A stretch of DNA of 64,000 nt from Candidatus Bathyarchaeota archaeon (GTDB lineage Archaea > Thermoproteota > Bathyarchaeia > Bathyarchaeales > Bathycorpusculaceae), in assembly GCA_963833575.1 (NCBI GenBank), contig CAWHXY010000004.1:800001-864000 (forward strand). Direction: 5' to 3'. This document shows, piece by piece, positions 49,007 to 58,613 of the stretch (its first letter is position 1; every line of letters starts with the position of its first letter). The translations under genes were made by a program, and so were the position numbers. Under the pieces are notes generated by a model, which was not told the origin of the DNA, did no database searches, and worked only from the letters and a program-made list of their open reading frames with translations.

Positions 49007-49095
49007 TAAATTATACAGTAAAGTGGTTTAATTAAAGAATTTAACTTTTCCCTAGCGACTTACTCTAATCTAACAGAACCGTGAATTCTACATTA

Positions 49096-49428
49096 CTAGC
49101 CTATTTTGCTTCCTTCCAAAATATCCTTCTCTGGTTGAAGCACGGTAACGTTTCCTTCGCTGTCCTCGGCCGCTAAAACCATACATTGTGATTCCACTCC
49201 AGCTAACATGCGTCTTTGAAGGTTCAATAGAAAAACACATTTTTTCCCTACCAACTCCTCAGGCTGATAATACTTAAGTAGACCTGCAACCGCCTGCCGT
49301 TTTTCCAAGCCAAAATCAACCATTATTTTGATGAGTTTTTTCGAATTAGGAATTGGAATTGCTTCAACTATTTTTCCAATGCGCAAATCAAGTTTTTGAA
49401 ATTCATCGAATGTTACTTCTTCAGCCAA
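49096..49428 (-). CDS. Stand-alone tRNA-binding OB protein (Trbp111/CsaA/MetRS C-terminal like)
   Basis: FDEFQKLDLRIGKI, GVESQCMVLAA. Confidence 0.88.
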   Translation of the reverse strand: MAEEVTFDEFQKLDLRIGKIVEAIPIPNSKKLIKIMVDFGLEKRQAVAGLLKYYQPEELVGKKCVFLLNLQRRMLAGVESQCMVLAAEDSEGNVTVLQPEKDILEGSKIG

Positions 49429-49452
49429 ATGTTTTCACGCTCTAGCGATAGT

Positions 49453-50142
49453 TTAGTTTTCAGTGATATTTACTTTGCTTTCAAGTGTAAGCCTGATTCT
49501 TTCTTTTGTGGCTAAATTATGAGCTTGAAACAGCGGTTCGGGAATACGATTTTTGGCACAGTGCTTAACGATTTTTATTGCTGTTTCAAGGGAAACCATG
49601 TGGCCAATACTTACGAAAACAGGCTTGGTGTTTTGCTTTGTAGTTACTACCGCACCGATAATTTCGTCTTTATCAACCAGAAAAGTCTCCCCGTCACGCT
49701 CAATTTGTATACCAATCAATCTGCTTTTTGCAGCTCCAATAGTCGGCTTGTCTAAAGCCAGCCCAAGATGGCTTGCAAATCCACACCTGTAGGGATGGGC
49801 AAGTCCATGTGCATCAACCAGAAACATGTCAGATTGAACTTTGAGTTTTTTTATTGCCGCTATCGTCGGTGGAATTTCTCTAAACGAAAGCAAAGTAGGA
49901 ATGCACGGAATTTTAACTTGACAAGTTGCAACCTGAGTTTCCAAAAGCCCCAAAGAATCAAAATCTAAAACAACTACAGCACTAACACCTAATTGTCCTA
50001 CATAAGAAACATCGACGCCTGCCACAGTTTTTATTTTTGACGATAGTCTATCTTCTAAAATAATTTTTTGCGATAAACACTGTTGCGTTCTGTGAGCTTT
50101 TTTTGCAGAAAAAACCTTCATTAGCTTAAACGGTTCACTCAA
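49453..50142 (-). CDS. nfi: Endonuclease V
   Basis: AGVDVSY, LSFREIP, VDAHGLAHP...GFASHLG, IGAAKS, PEPLFQAH. Confidence 0.92.
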   Translation of the reverse strand: MSEPFKLMKVFSAKKAHRTQQCLSQKIILEDRLSSKIKTVAGVDVSYVGQLGVSAVVVLDFDSLGLLETQVATCQVKIPCIPTLLSFREIPPTIAAIKKLKVQSDMFLVDAHGLAHPYRCGFASHLGLALDKPTIGAAKSRLIGIQIERDGETFLVDKDEIIGAVVTTKQNTKPVFVSIGHMVSLETAIKIVKHCAKNRIPEPLFQAHNLATKERIRLTLESKVNITEN

Positions 50143-50801
50143 ATCTTAGCCTTTTTCGATTTTCGTTTAGGGGTTCGTATTGCTGGGTCAAACTTTTTTA
50201 AGTAATCTTCAAGAGATTTTCTGCGAACTTCAACTGTGACATCGCCGCGCGTCGACTCTATTATTCTTCTTGCTGTATCTGATTTGTGTCTAAGTCCTGG
50301 GACAAACATGTAGGCCTCGTCAAGAGCCAAGAGTTGGATAAATATCTGATCCATAATTTCTAAGCATTCTTCGCCTTTTCTTACTTCACCTTCACGCAAA
50401 TCATCTAGCGCTAGGCGTCTGTATTCGCCAATAACGTCTGCTAAACCAAGAACGTAATCAACCGAAGGCACGCCTACTTCAGCAGGCGTTATAAAACGTG
50501 ATTCTTTGATAAGTGTTAAAAATATTCGTGCTTCAGAGTGTTCCTGAAGTGCTGCACTAAACATGCCACCATAAATAATCTCGGGATATTGTTTAGCTAA
50601 ATCTTGAAGATTCGAAATTTTTTCTTTAGCATTTTCTATAAGCTCTTCAGCGTCAGCATATTTCTTTTGGTGAATTAGAAGTATTGCTTGTTTTGAAAGG
50701 CTTGTTGCTTTCCGCATGCTTTCATGAGCTTGTTCACGTACATCATTTTTCTGCATAAGGTCGTTTTTAATTTTTTGAAGGACAGTTTCTAGGGCGGACA
50801 A
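50139..50801 (-). CDS. Translin/TRAX family protein
   Basis: ALQEHSEA, YVLGLADVIGEYRR, GLRHKSD. Confidence 0.88.
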   Translation of the reverse strand: MSALETVLQKIKNDLMQKNDVREQAHESMRKATSLSKQAILLIHQKKYADAEELIENAKEKISNLQDLAKQYPEIIYGGMFSAALQEHSEARIFLTLIKESRFITPAEVGVPSVDYVLGLADVIGEYRRLALDDLREGEVRKGEECLEIMDQIFIQLLALDEAYMFVPGLRHKSDTARRIIESTRGDVTVEVRRKSLEDYLKKFDPAIRTPKRKSKKAKI

Positions 50802-50889
50802 AAATTCACCAAATTATTAAATGAATTAAAGATACTTATTTCAATTTCCCAAAAAAACTTGGCTACGTTTTCTTATTTTAATTCGGAAG

Positions 50890-51058
50890 TCAATTTTCTA
50901 TGAAAGGCTTGGTATCTTCTAATGAAAGCTAACTTTAACGAATGCTGAATCTAATATTTTAAATGGAAGTATACTGTCCTCTGCTGTTTCTTTAGGCAAA
51001 CAGAATAGATACTTGCCATCTTTTTTTTGAATAAGCGTACTTTTCCTTCACTTACAAC
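50890..51058 (-). pseudogene. Decayed small gene (VSEGKVRLFKK / DGKYLFCLPKETAEDSILPFK...VKVSF), possibly AbrB-like
   Basis: Protein-like segments in different frames joined at the T8 run 51021-51028; further lesion near 50920; no intact start. Confidence 0.35.
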
Positions 51059-51148
51059 TTTAGCAACTGCATGATTGGTAATCAAGCACATAAGGGAAAA
51101 AAATAACTATTTACGTTTAACCGAAGACTGAATTGCCCAAGAAAAATA

Positions 51149-52135
51149 CTAACTATTGCCAACTTGAATAGGCTTTTCCAATCTGCTTAACAAAACCACT
51201 CTGCTTTCTGGCGCTTCATTAATTATCTTATACCCAGTTTTCTCGGATAACTGGAGAGCAAAATCCTTCACTTCCGTATGCATTGGCATACGTTCAAAAC
51301 CTAAACGTAAGTTTGAAAAACCAATGTGCATGTATGCCTTGGTTTCTATGTAGGTAGGATTCGCTTTCTCAATAAGTTTAGCATATTGATCTACATGTTC
51401 CATGTTGTGTTCTTTTACAAGCGTCGTTCGAACTACTGTTGGGCAACGGAAACTCTGCAATAAACATAGTGTCTCGTTTAATTTTGCCCAAGCGCCGGGA
51501 AAGTGAGGACGGCAAACCTGCTTGTACACTTGATCGTTGGGGGCGCACACGGAGATATAAAGTTGGGTAGGTTCTTTGCTAAGTCTTGAAAGTTTGGAGG
51601 GTAAGGTGCCGTTAGAAACAAGAAAAGTCGTTAAACCTTTTCTGGAAAATGTTTGAATTAACTCTCCTAAGGGTTCATAGATTGTCGGTTCGCCTGTTAG
51701 ACTTATGGCAACCTGCTTTGGAATTAGGGCTTCTTGGAATTTACGCCAGTTGGTTTTTGGGTTTCCTTTGTAACCGGTTAAAATTTTTTCTTGGGCTTTG
51801 AAGCAGCCTTCCACAATTTCTTCTGGCGAGTCAATTTTTGGAATTTTCAGCTCGTCCCAAGTCACTTGTAAGTCTCCGCTTTGAGCTCTCCAGCAAAACA
51901 AGCATTCTTGCGTACAATAATACAGAGACGGTGACATTTGGATACATCTATGCGATTTTATTCCGTAAAATTTTTGTTTATAGCAGGCTCTATCATTTAC
52001 TATAGATTCGTAGAGCCACTTGCACCTTTTAACCGCAGAATGATTGCCTACTAAATGGTATTTTTGTTTCTTTAAAGCTCCCGAAAGCACAGTTGCAGTG
52101 GTTTTTTCCAAGGGTTCACCGAACTTGTTAACCAA
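51149..52135 (-). CDS. taw1: 4-demethylwyosine synthase TYW1 (radical SAM)
   Basis: HSAVKRCKW, CYKQKFYGIKSHRC, CTQECLFCWR, SLTGEPT. Confidence 0.95.
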   Translation of the reverse strand: MVNKFGEPLEKTTATVLSGALKKQKYHLVGNHSAVKRCKWLYESIVNDRACYKQKFYGIKSHRCIQMSPSLYYCTQECLFCWRAQSGDLQVTWDELKIPKIDSPEEIVEGCFKAQEKILTGYKGNPKTNWRKFQEALIPKQVAISLTGEPTIYEPLGELIQTFSRKGLTTFLVSNGTLPSKLSRLSKEPTQLYISVCAPNDQVYKQVCRPHFPGAWAKLNETLCLLQSFRCPTVVRTTLVKEHNMEHVDQYAKLIEKANPTYIETKAYMHIGFSNLRLGFERMPMHTEVKDFALQLSEKTGYKIINEAPESRVVLLSRLEKPIQVGNS

Positions 52136-52323
52136 GGAAACCCGATCATTTAAAAACTGTGTGGTATAATGATTGTTTTAATGGGAATAATGTTTATTCT
52201 AACCCGTTTAAGTCAATTTGTGTCTTTATGCAACGATTAAATGGCAAAGTTTAAAATCATCTCTTAGTTAAATCATGAGTCATTACGGAAAAGGATAGGA
52301 ATAAATCGGGAGAGCAGAGCGGT

Positions 52324-54435
52324 TTGAATAATAAAATAGTTACGATCATTCTCTTAGTTATGATGTCATTAGCTATGATGTATATGCCATCAAAACTAGC
52401 CTCTGGTCAATACAATCAGGTATCAATTTTGCAGGTTCAACCTGCAGGTCAAACTCTTAATAACGGATCAAGCACATTGACCGGACCCGTAGGCTATGCG
52501 TTGAATCTTCAAGGGACAATTTACACTTCTAATAGTAGCTATGACGTAATATTTGCCAACCAAGTTGTCGCTAGCGGCACATCTGAGGGATACTACGTAA
52601 ACGCGAATTTCAGTGTGCCTGCAGTTCCAACTGGCACTTATGCACTAAGGCTCAGAGACGTCGTGCTTAACACAAATTCAACTGAAGATGACTTTCAAGT
52701 TACAACATCCTACATCTTAAATGCCCTCCCTTCACAAGTTCAAGAAGGCAGTAGCGTAGTGATCAATGTAGGTGTTACTGGCGGTGCTCCTAGCACCCCC
52801 TATTATGCTAATGTTTCTGTCGTGCTTCCAAGCCCGCTCACCACACAATACTCACAAATAGTATCATTAGGAACAACCAATCAAGCTGGAAGTGCAAGTG
52901 CTCAAGTTACTTATCCGGGAAGTGCCTTCCTACCAAGCGGTTCGGTTACCGATTATTCGGGCACATACTCCCTCAACTTTAATCAGTCGTTGGCCCAAAG
53001 CCAATTTTCAGTAGGTTTTCTCGATTCATCAACATACCATAGAGGTCAAACAGTTACAATACGAGCGGTAGGCTATTCATCGGGTGAAACCGCGACTTTG
53101 AGCGTTACCGGCACCTCAGGTGGTGCCAATCTCGATTCTGAGACGGTAACAGCTGGAACCGATGGCGTTATTAGTAAAGCATGGGTAGTTCCATCCAACG
53201 CTGCAGTTGGAAGTTATAAGGTAACAATAACTCCTCAAGGTACCGCGAAGGGAATAGAAGATTCACAGACTTTTTCAATTAATGGATACGCTATTCAAGT
53301 TAAAACAGTAAACTTGGCTGGTGATGTGGTTCCGCAGATACAAGTTCAAGCCATTGATGGACCAACCAATACACCATATAATAGCACAAGTGCAGCAAAC
53401 GGCATCGCAAGTCTAAACCTTGAATCAGGAACCGATGTTTTGAACGCATTTAAAAACGGCGTTAACATTGGAACAACCAACATAACAGTTACCGGCAATG
53501 CAACGTTCACTTTTCAATGCCAATTAACCAATCTCAAGATTGAAGTCCAGAACCAAAACAGCATTGCAATGCCATTCGTTGACTTAGCCATTACATATCA
53601 ATTTCAACCAGCAGCTGGAGGTTCCCAAACTGGAAGTGCTTCCGGGCAGACAGATTCCACGGGCGTCTTCATCTTAAACTCTACTCTAACGGGAGTAAGT
53701 TACACAATAAACGCTTCATTATATGACAAAGTTTTCAATTCAGGTAACAACACATTTAACAATATTCCAGCACAACCAATTACAACCGTAGTCATAACTT
53801 GTCCAAACGAAACTGTGTCTCTTAATGTAGTCGGTTACAACCAAGAAGCAGTCCCTAATGCACGAATAGAACTAGTTGAATTAACAAATGGCATATTCTA
53901 CGCAGCAACAACAGATACTTCAGGCTCAGTAACAAGCCAAGTTAGCTTTGGAATGTATCGAGCAAGATTCTACAAAGATAATATTCTAATTAACCAAACA
54001 GACATCTCAGTGTTCAGTAACACTCAAACGCGAGTAGTTTGCAGTCTTTACGGAATTCAAGTTTCAGTACGAGTTGTTGACTTTTTCGGTAGCCCAATTT
54101 CAAACGCTAACGTGACATTAAATGGGCCAGCAACAGAGCGGTTCTCTGCTATGACTAAAAGTGATGGAACTGCAACCTTCAGTAATGTTGTTGGCGGCGA
54201 TATGCAAGTAGTAGCTTTTGCTTCAAGCGGACAAAATGATTATCAAGCCTTAACGCTAACCGTCGATCAGCCAACCACAGTTCAACTAAAAATCGATAGA
54301 TACGTTGCTCTTGGGTCTCTTTTGATTCCTGTAAGTTCATTGATTGCTGTTCTGGTCATTTTGATGGGCATAATCTTGTTGGTCATTGTGGAAGTCTATA
54401 TGCGAAAAAGAAGTAAACATACTTCTGGAAGCTAA
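52324..54435 (+). CDS. Secreted Ig-like / carboxypeptidase-regulatory-like repeat surface protein with C-terminal TM
   Basis: Signal peptide, repeated V.VV...G.PI.NA.V / TD.SG modules, TM helix and basic tail. Confidence 0.8.
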   Translation: MNNKIVTIILLVMMSLAMMYMPSKLASGQYNQVSILQVQPAGQTLNNGSSTLTGPVGYALNLQGTIYTSNSSYDVIFANQVVASGTSEGYYVNANFSVPAVPTGTYALRLRDVVLNTNSTEDDFQVTTSYILNALPSQVQEGSSVVINVGVTGGAPSTPYYANVSVVLPSPLTTQYSQIVSLGTTNQAGSASAQVTYPGSAFLPSGSVTDYSGTYSLNFNQSLAQSQFSVGFLDSSTYHRGQTVTIRAVGYSSGETATLSVTGTSGGANLDSETVTAGTDGVISKAWVVPSNAAVGSYKVTITPQGTAKGIEDSQTFSINGYAIQVKTVNLAGDVVPQIQVQAIDGPTNTPYNSTSAANGIASLNLESGTDVLNAFKNGVNIGTTNITVTGNATFTFQCQLTNLKIEVQNQNSIAMPFVDLAITYQFQPAAGGSQTGSASGQTDSTGVFILNSTLTGVSYTINASLYDKVFNSGNNTFNNIPAQPITTVVITCPNETVSLNVVGYNQEAVPNARIELVELTNGIFYAATTDTSGSVTSQVSFGMYRARFYKDNILINQTDISVFSNTQTRVVCSLYGIQVSVRVVDFFGSPISNANVTLNGPATERFSAMTKSDGTATFSNVVGGDMQVVAFASSGQNDYQALTLTVDQPTTVQLKIDRYVALGSLLIPVSSLIAVLVILMGIILLVIVEVYMRKRSKHTSGS

Positions 54436-54526
54436 GAAATGCAATTTCCCCCTTATTAGGAAAAAAGTTTATATTGTTATCAATGAACATAGAGAAAATA
54501 CAAGGACAAACAACTAAGATTTTGAT

Positions 54527-54838
54527 TTGACACTTGAGGTGTATCTATTGGATCAATCAAAAGCTTGCTCTCCAAACTGCAGCTCTTTTAAATGCGCCCA
54601 AAACAATGTTTTCTACCGTAGAGACTCTATAGGGTGTAGATTAACAGAGGAAAAGTGCGACATTGCCAACTGCACATATTCAATGTGCATGAAACGACGA
54701 TTGCTACCTGGAGGAGTTTGCGGTGAAACAGTCAAACGCAAAACTGTTGAAAAAGACGTTGACGACGATTTATTAGGTGAATCGATAAGGATTAAAGGTA
54801 AAGCACTGCGGAAACTCGGAGACAAGGAAATCTATTAA
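54527..54838 (+). CDS. Hypothetical Cys-rich protein
   Basis: Eight cysteines in about 60 aa; start uncertain. Confidence 0.65.
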   Translation: MTLEVYLLDQSKACSPNCSSFKCAQNNVFYRRDSIGCRLTEEKCDIANCTYSMCMKRRLLPGGVCGETVKRKTVEKDVDDDLLGESIRIKGKALRKLGDKEIY

Positions 54839-54899
54839 AAAATTGGTTTGAAAAAATCAAAAATAAGTTACTCGTAAAAGAATAACGAGTATCCCTTTC

Positions 54900-55061
54900 T
54901 TATTTTGATTGAACACGTTTTACTACTGGCGGCTTAACTTTCTTTAGAATCCTATAACCGCAAATGATACATTTTGTTTCTCCGCCGCGTAGCTCTAGTT
55001 CTTCAGATGGCACTCTTGCCCCGCATCTCATGCATTCGTAAACAATTCCTGACTTTTCCAT
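54900..55061 (-). CDS. rpo12: RNA polymerase subunit Rpo12 (P) (not in ORF track)
   Basis: MEKSGIVYECMRCGARV...KCIICGYRILKKVKPPVVKRV; 53 aa. Confidence 0.92.
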   Translation of the reverse strand: MEKSGIVYECMRCGARVPSEELELRGGETKCIICGYRILKKVKPPVVKRVQSK

Positions 55062-55142
55062 TAGAAACGCCTCTTCCTACAAAGAAAAGTATTTTGCTTT
55101 TAAACATTTCCAATACTTACCCATTTAATGAGGATATGTTAG

Positions 55143-56009
55143 TTGACTAAACGCTTTCGCGAAAAGCTTTCAATGTCCCTTGATCCTGAAGAGTTAGCTA
55201 AAGTATACGCTTCCTTTGACATAGTTGGCGATATTGCAATTATTAAAACTCCAAACAACGACAATGTTAACGCAAAAACTGTAGCTACCCAAATAATGGC
55301 TACGCACAGGGGGGTAAAAACAGTTCTTTTACAAACTAGCCCTGTCTTAGGCAATTTTAGAATCCGAAAACTAAACCTGTTGATTGGGGAAAATAAAACA
55401 AATACTATATACAAAGAAAGTGGCTGCGTTTTTGTAGTTGATGTGGAGAAATGTTATTTTTCACCTCGGCTTTTGAATGAACGATCAAGGATTGCACGCT
55501 TGGTTTCGTCGGGCGAGACAATTGTTAACATGTTTGCAGGTGTAGGGTGTTTCAGTATAATAATCGCCAAGAACGTAAATCAAGCTAAGGTTTTTTCAAT
55601 TGACATTAATCCAGTAGCGGTTCAATGTATGAGTGAGAACATTAGAATTAACAGAGTTTTCGGTAAAGTGATTCCTTTGCTCGGCGACTCAAAGGAAATA
55701 ATCCAATCCCAAATGACTGGTATGGCTGACCGTGTTTTGATGCCTCTACCTGAAAAAGCTCTCGAATATTTGCCTTATGCACTTTCTGCACTTAAAAAAG
55801 AAGGAGGTTGGATCCACTACTACGATTTCCAACACGCGATTGGACTGGAAAATCCAGTCGAAAAAACCAAGAGGAAGGTCGCAGATCAGCTTGATAACAA
55901 AGGCGTAGCTTATACTTTTGCTTTTTCACGCGTAGTGCGTAGTACAGGTCCTAACTGGTACCAGACCGTTTTAGATATACATGTTAATTCGATGCCAAGT
56001 AAGTTTTAA
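55143..56009 (+). CDS. Trm5/Taw2 (Met-10+) tRNA methyltransferase
   Basis: FDIVGDIAI, YFSPRL..ER, NMFAGVG, DRVLMPLP. Confidence 0.9.
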   Translation: MTKRFREKLSMSLDPEELAKVYASFDIVGDIAIIKTPNNDNVNAKTVATQIMATHRGVKTVLLQTSPVLGNFRIRKLNLLIGENKTNTIYKESGCVFVVDVEKCYFSPRLLNERSRIARLVSSGETIVNMFAGVGCFSIIIAKNVNQAKVFSIDINPVAVQCMSENIRINRVFGKVIPLLGDSKEIIQSQMTGMADRVLMPLPEKALEYLPYALSALKKEGGWIHYYDFQHAIGLENPVEKTKRKVADQLDNKGVAYTFAFSRVVRSTGPNWYQTVLDIHVNSMPSKF

Positions 56010-56045
56010 TAACTCAGCCTTTAACTAATTAATCCGTGAAAAATA

Positions 56046-56315
56046 ATGAAGCGGAAATTGATGGAAATTTTAGCTTGCCCAATTGATAAGTATCACCCTC
56101 TTGAACTACATGTTTTTGAAGAAAAAGACGAAATAACGGAGGGCTTAATCGTATGCCCGAAATGTTTACGTTGGTATCCAATAAGAGATGAAATTCCAGA
56201 AATGCTACCTGATGAATTGCGAAAGGAAGCAGATGATCTGCCATTTTTGAAGAAATGGAAGGCAAAAGTTCCAGAAAAAATAGTGACTGAAGGAAAACCT
56301 TTCAACCTAAAATAG
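56046..56315 (+). CDS. trm112: Trm112 methyltransferase activator
   Basis: LMEILACP, CPKC.RWYPIRDEIPEML. Confidence 0.92.
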   Translation: MKRKLMEILACPIDKYHPLELHVFEEKDEITEGLIVCPKCLRWYPIRDEIPEMLPDELRKEADDLPFLKKWKAKVPEKIVTEGKPFNLK

Positions 56316-56318
56316 TCT

Positions 56319-57269
56319 CTATTTTTCTAAGCTGATTGCTCTATTTTTAGCTGAAGATTGCATTGCTGCTTGAGCAACTTCTAATGCTTTTAAACCGTCT
56401 TCTCCAGTTATGAGTGGCTTTTTCTTTTCCTGTATGCATTCTGCAAAATGTTGAAGTTCACATTTTAGTGGTTCTTGGAATGGATATCTAGGTTGTACGC
56501 TTTCTTTTTGCTGCTCAATCCATAGATCTTGAGTTATGTAATCTAATCTCATTATGGCTTCTGATCCTGTGACGGTTAGTGTTCTTGTTTTGTAGGGTGT
56601 TAGCCAGTTAGATTCAATGAAAGCGCTTTCTCCACTTTTGTATGTTAGCATTATGTGTGCGTAATCCTCGAATTTTCGGTGCTTCATGTTTCCCATTTTT
56701 GCGTAAACGGTAATTGGGTCTTGTTTGGATATGAACCGCATAACGTCTATGTCGTGAATTGCTGTGTCTTTTACTACTCCAACGTCTCCAATTCGTTCAG
56801 GCCACTGGGAAACACGTTTTGCGTTTGCACATACTAACTGACCGATTTTTTTGCTTTCTACTGCGTCTCGAATACTTTGTAATCCAGGTATAAACCTCAT
56901 CAAGAAACCGACAGTTAATACAAGACCATTCTGTTCTGCGGTTTCACAGAGTTTTTGAGCCTGCTTTGTGTTTGTGGCCATGGGTTTTTCAACCAGAACA
57001 TGTTTTCCTGCTCTAAGTCCTTTGAGCGCTTCCTTGGCGAGAACCGTTGACCAAGTGCACACGCTTATGGCTTCTATTTCTTTATTTTTCAGCATTCGAG
57101 CACTATTAGTATATGCTTTTACGCCAAACTGGCCAGCGACAGTTTTGGCTCTTTCTGAATCAACATCACAAATAGCAACTAATTCAGTTCCGGGCAGTTC
57201 CTTGTATACTCTTGCGTGATTTTTCCCCCAAAAACCTGTACCAATAACTGCTACTCCGAGTTTCTTCAA
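56319..57269 (-). CDS. Gfo/Idh/MocA oxidoreductase (UDP-GlcNAc 3-dehydrogenase-like)
   Basis: IGTGFWG, VEKP, DTAIHDID. Confidence 0.88.
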   Translation of the reverse strand: MKKLGVAVIGTGFWGKNHARVYKELPGTELVAICDVDSERAKTVAGQFGVKAYTNSARMLKNKEIEAISVCTWSTVLAKEALKGLRAGKHVLVEKPMATNTKQAQKLCETAEQNGLVLTVGFLMRFIPGLQSIRDAVESKKIGQLVCANAKRVSQWPERIGDVGVVKDTAIHDIDVMRFISKQDPITVYAKMGNMKHRKFEDYAHIMLTYKSGESAFIESNWLTPYKTRTLTVTGSEAIMRLDYITQDLWIEQQKESVQPRYPFQEPLKCELQHFAECIQEKKKPLITGEDGLKALEVAQAAMQSSAKNRAISLEK

Positions 57270-58585
57270 TGCTGCTCTTTACCTCTTCCCAATCCACGAT
57301 ATATGAAGCCTTCTGCTTCCACTTTTTTTGGCTCAAACGCACCTGCTAAATCTACAAGAACGGAAGGTGTTTTCGTTAATGCTTTAAGCTTCTTGAGGTT
57401 TAAGTTTCTAAACTGGTCTTCTGCTGTGACTATTACTATACAATCGGTGCCTTCAACCGCCTCATTGAGGTTAGTTTTTACCACTCCTAGATCCAACACA
57501 TCTTTTTTTGATAAGGGATCATAAAGGCTGGGTTTAGCGCCCTTTAACTGCAACATTTTAACAAAAACGCCAGTTGTCTCATTGGCTGTGCCTAAAATGG
57601 CAACTCTTGCTCTCCTCAACGTTTTATTACAGCTTCGCAGGGCATCTTGTGTTAAATTAACTGCATGTTTAACCATATCTTCGTTTATCTGCCTAGCCAA
57701 TGCTGGAAGTCTAAGCTTAACGCTAATATTGTCTGCACCGTCTAATAGCAGATACGCTTCGTTTCTGTTCCCTTGATCAATAGTTGTGGGTAAAAAACTC
57801 GCATCATTAAAATCTAGAAACTTTAGAACTTCAAAATAGTCGATGCAGGCGCTTTCACAGAAAACCGCCAGCTCATTGGCTAACGCGGTGTTTGTATCCT
57901 GTTTTGCAATTGCAAAAAGGGTTGCTATTTCCGCAGTTTTTACATCGCTTACTTGCTTTACTTTCTTAGCTATTGTCTCTAGAACATTTGTTGCGGAATC
58001 TATATTGCTTTTTCCGATTGGAGCGATCTTAAACTCCATGTTGACCAATTGCTTTGGATTTTGCATCGGAACATAAGCTAAATCGACTTCTTGTCCAATC
58101 TTCAGACCGGATGTGTTCTCTATTGTTTGTTTTACTATGTCTTCGTTAAACCCGAAGCCTGCAACATTAGAGATGACAACTAACATGCCACTGTGAATTG
58201 CCGATGCAACTTGTTTGCAAGCGTTCACTGCTTCCGTGTAATCAATTTTTTTCTGGTCGTCAATTTTTGCGCCTGTAGTAATAATTATTATGTCGCTTTG
58301 TGAAACCATTTTTTTTAATTCGCTTGTTACGTTTAATTTTCCTGAATTGATTAGGCCTCTTAGTTTGTTTTCAGCTTCTTGTCCCGCGAAAGGTGCTTTA
58401 CCTTTTGCAACTTTTTTTATTACGCTTAACTCGGCGTCTGAACATGCAACTTTGAAGCCTGCATGAGCAAACTCAATAGCTAGCCAGATTCCTCTTTGCC
58501 TGCATCCAATAACACCTATCGTATATTTTGAACGTTTTTCAGCACTGTCAACGTCTTCTGGCTTTATGTTTAGGACTTCAGGCAC
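57266..58585 (-). CDS. UDP-sugar 6-dehydrogenase family protein with degenerate active site
   Basis: Overall WecC/WbpO layout (ANELA..C, ARQINEDM, VAILG, YDP), but NAD and catalytic motifs are altered. Confidence 0.8.
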   Translation of the reverse strand: MPEVLNIKPEDVDSAEKRSKYTIGVIGCRQRGIWLAIEFAHAGFKVACSDAELSVIKKVAKGKAPFAGQEAENKLRGLINSGKLNVTSELKKMVSQSDIIIITTGAKIDDQKKIDYTEAVNACKQVASAIHSGMLVVISNVAGFGFNEDIVKQTIENTSGLKIGQEVDLAYVPMQNPKQLVNMEFKIAPIGKSNIDSATNVLETIAKKVKQVSDVKTAEIATLFAIAKQDTNTALANELAVFCESACIDYFEVLKFLDFNDASFLPTTIDQGNRNEAYLLLDGADNISVKLRLPALARQINEDMVKHAVNLTQDALRSCNKTLRRARVAILGTANETTGVFVKMLQLKGAKPSLYDPLSKKDVLDLGVVKTNLNEAVEGTDCIVIVTAEDQFRNLNLKKLKALTKTPSVLVDLAGAFEPKKVEAEGFIYRGLGRGKEQH

Positions 58586-58613
58586 AGAATGGATTCTCCG
58601 ATTGTTGAATCTG

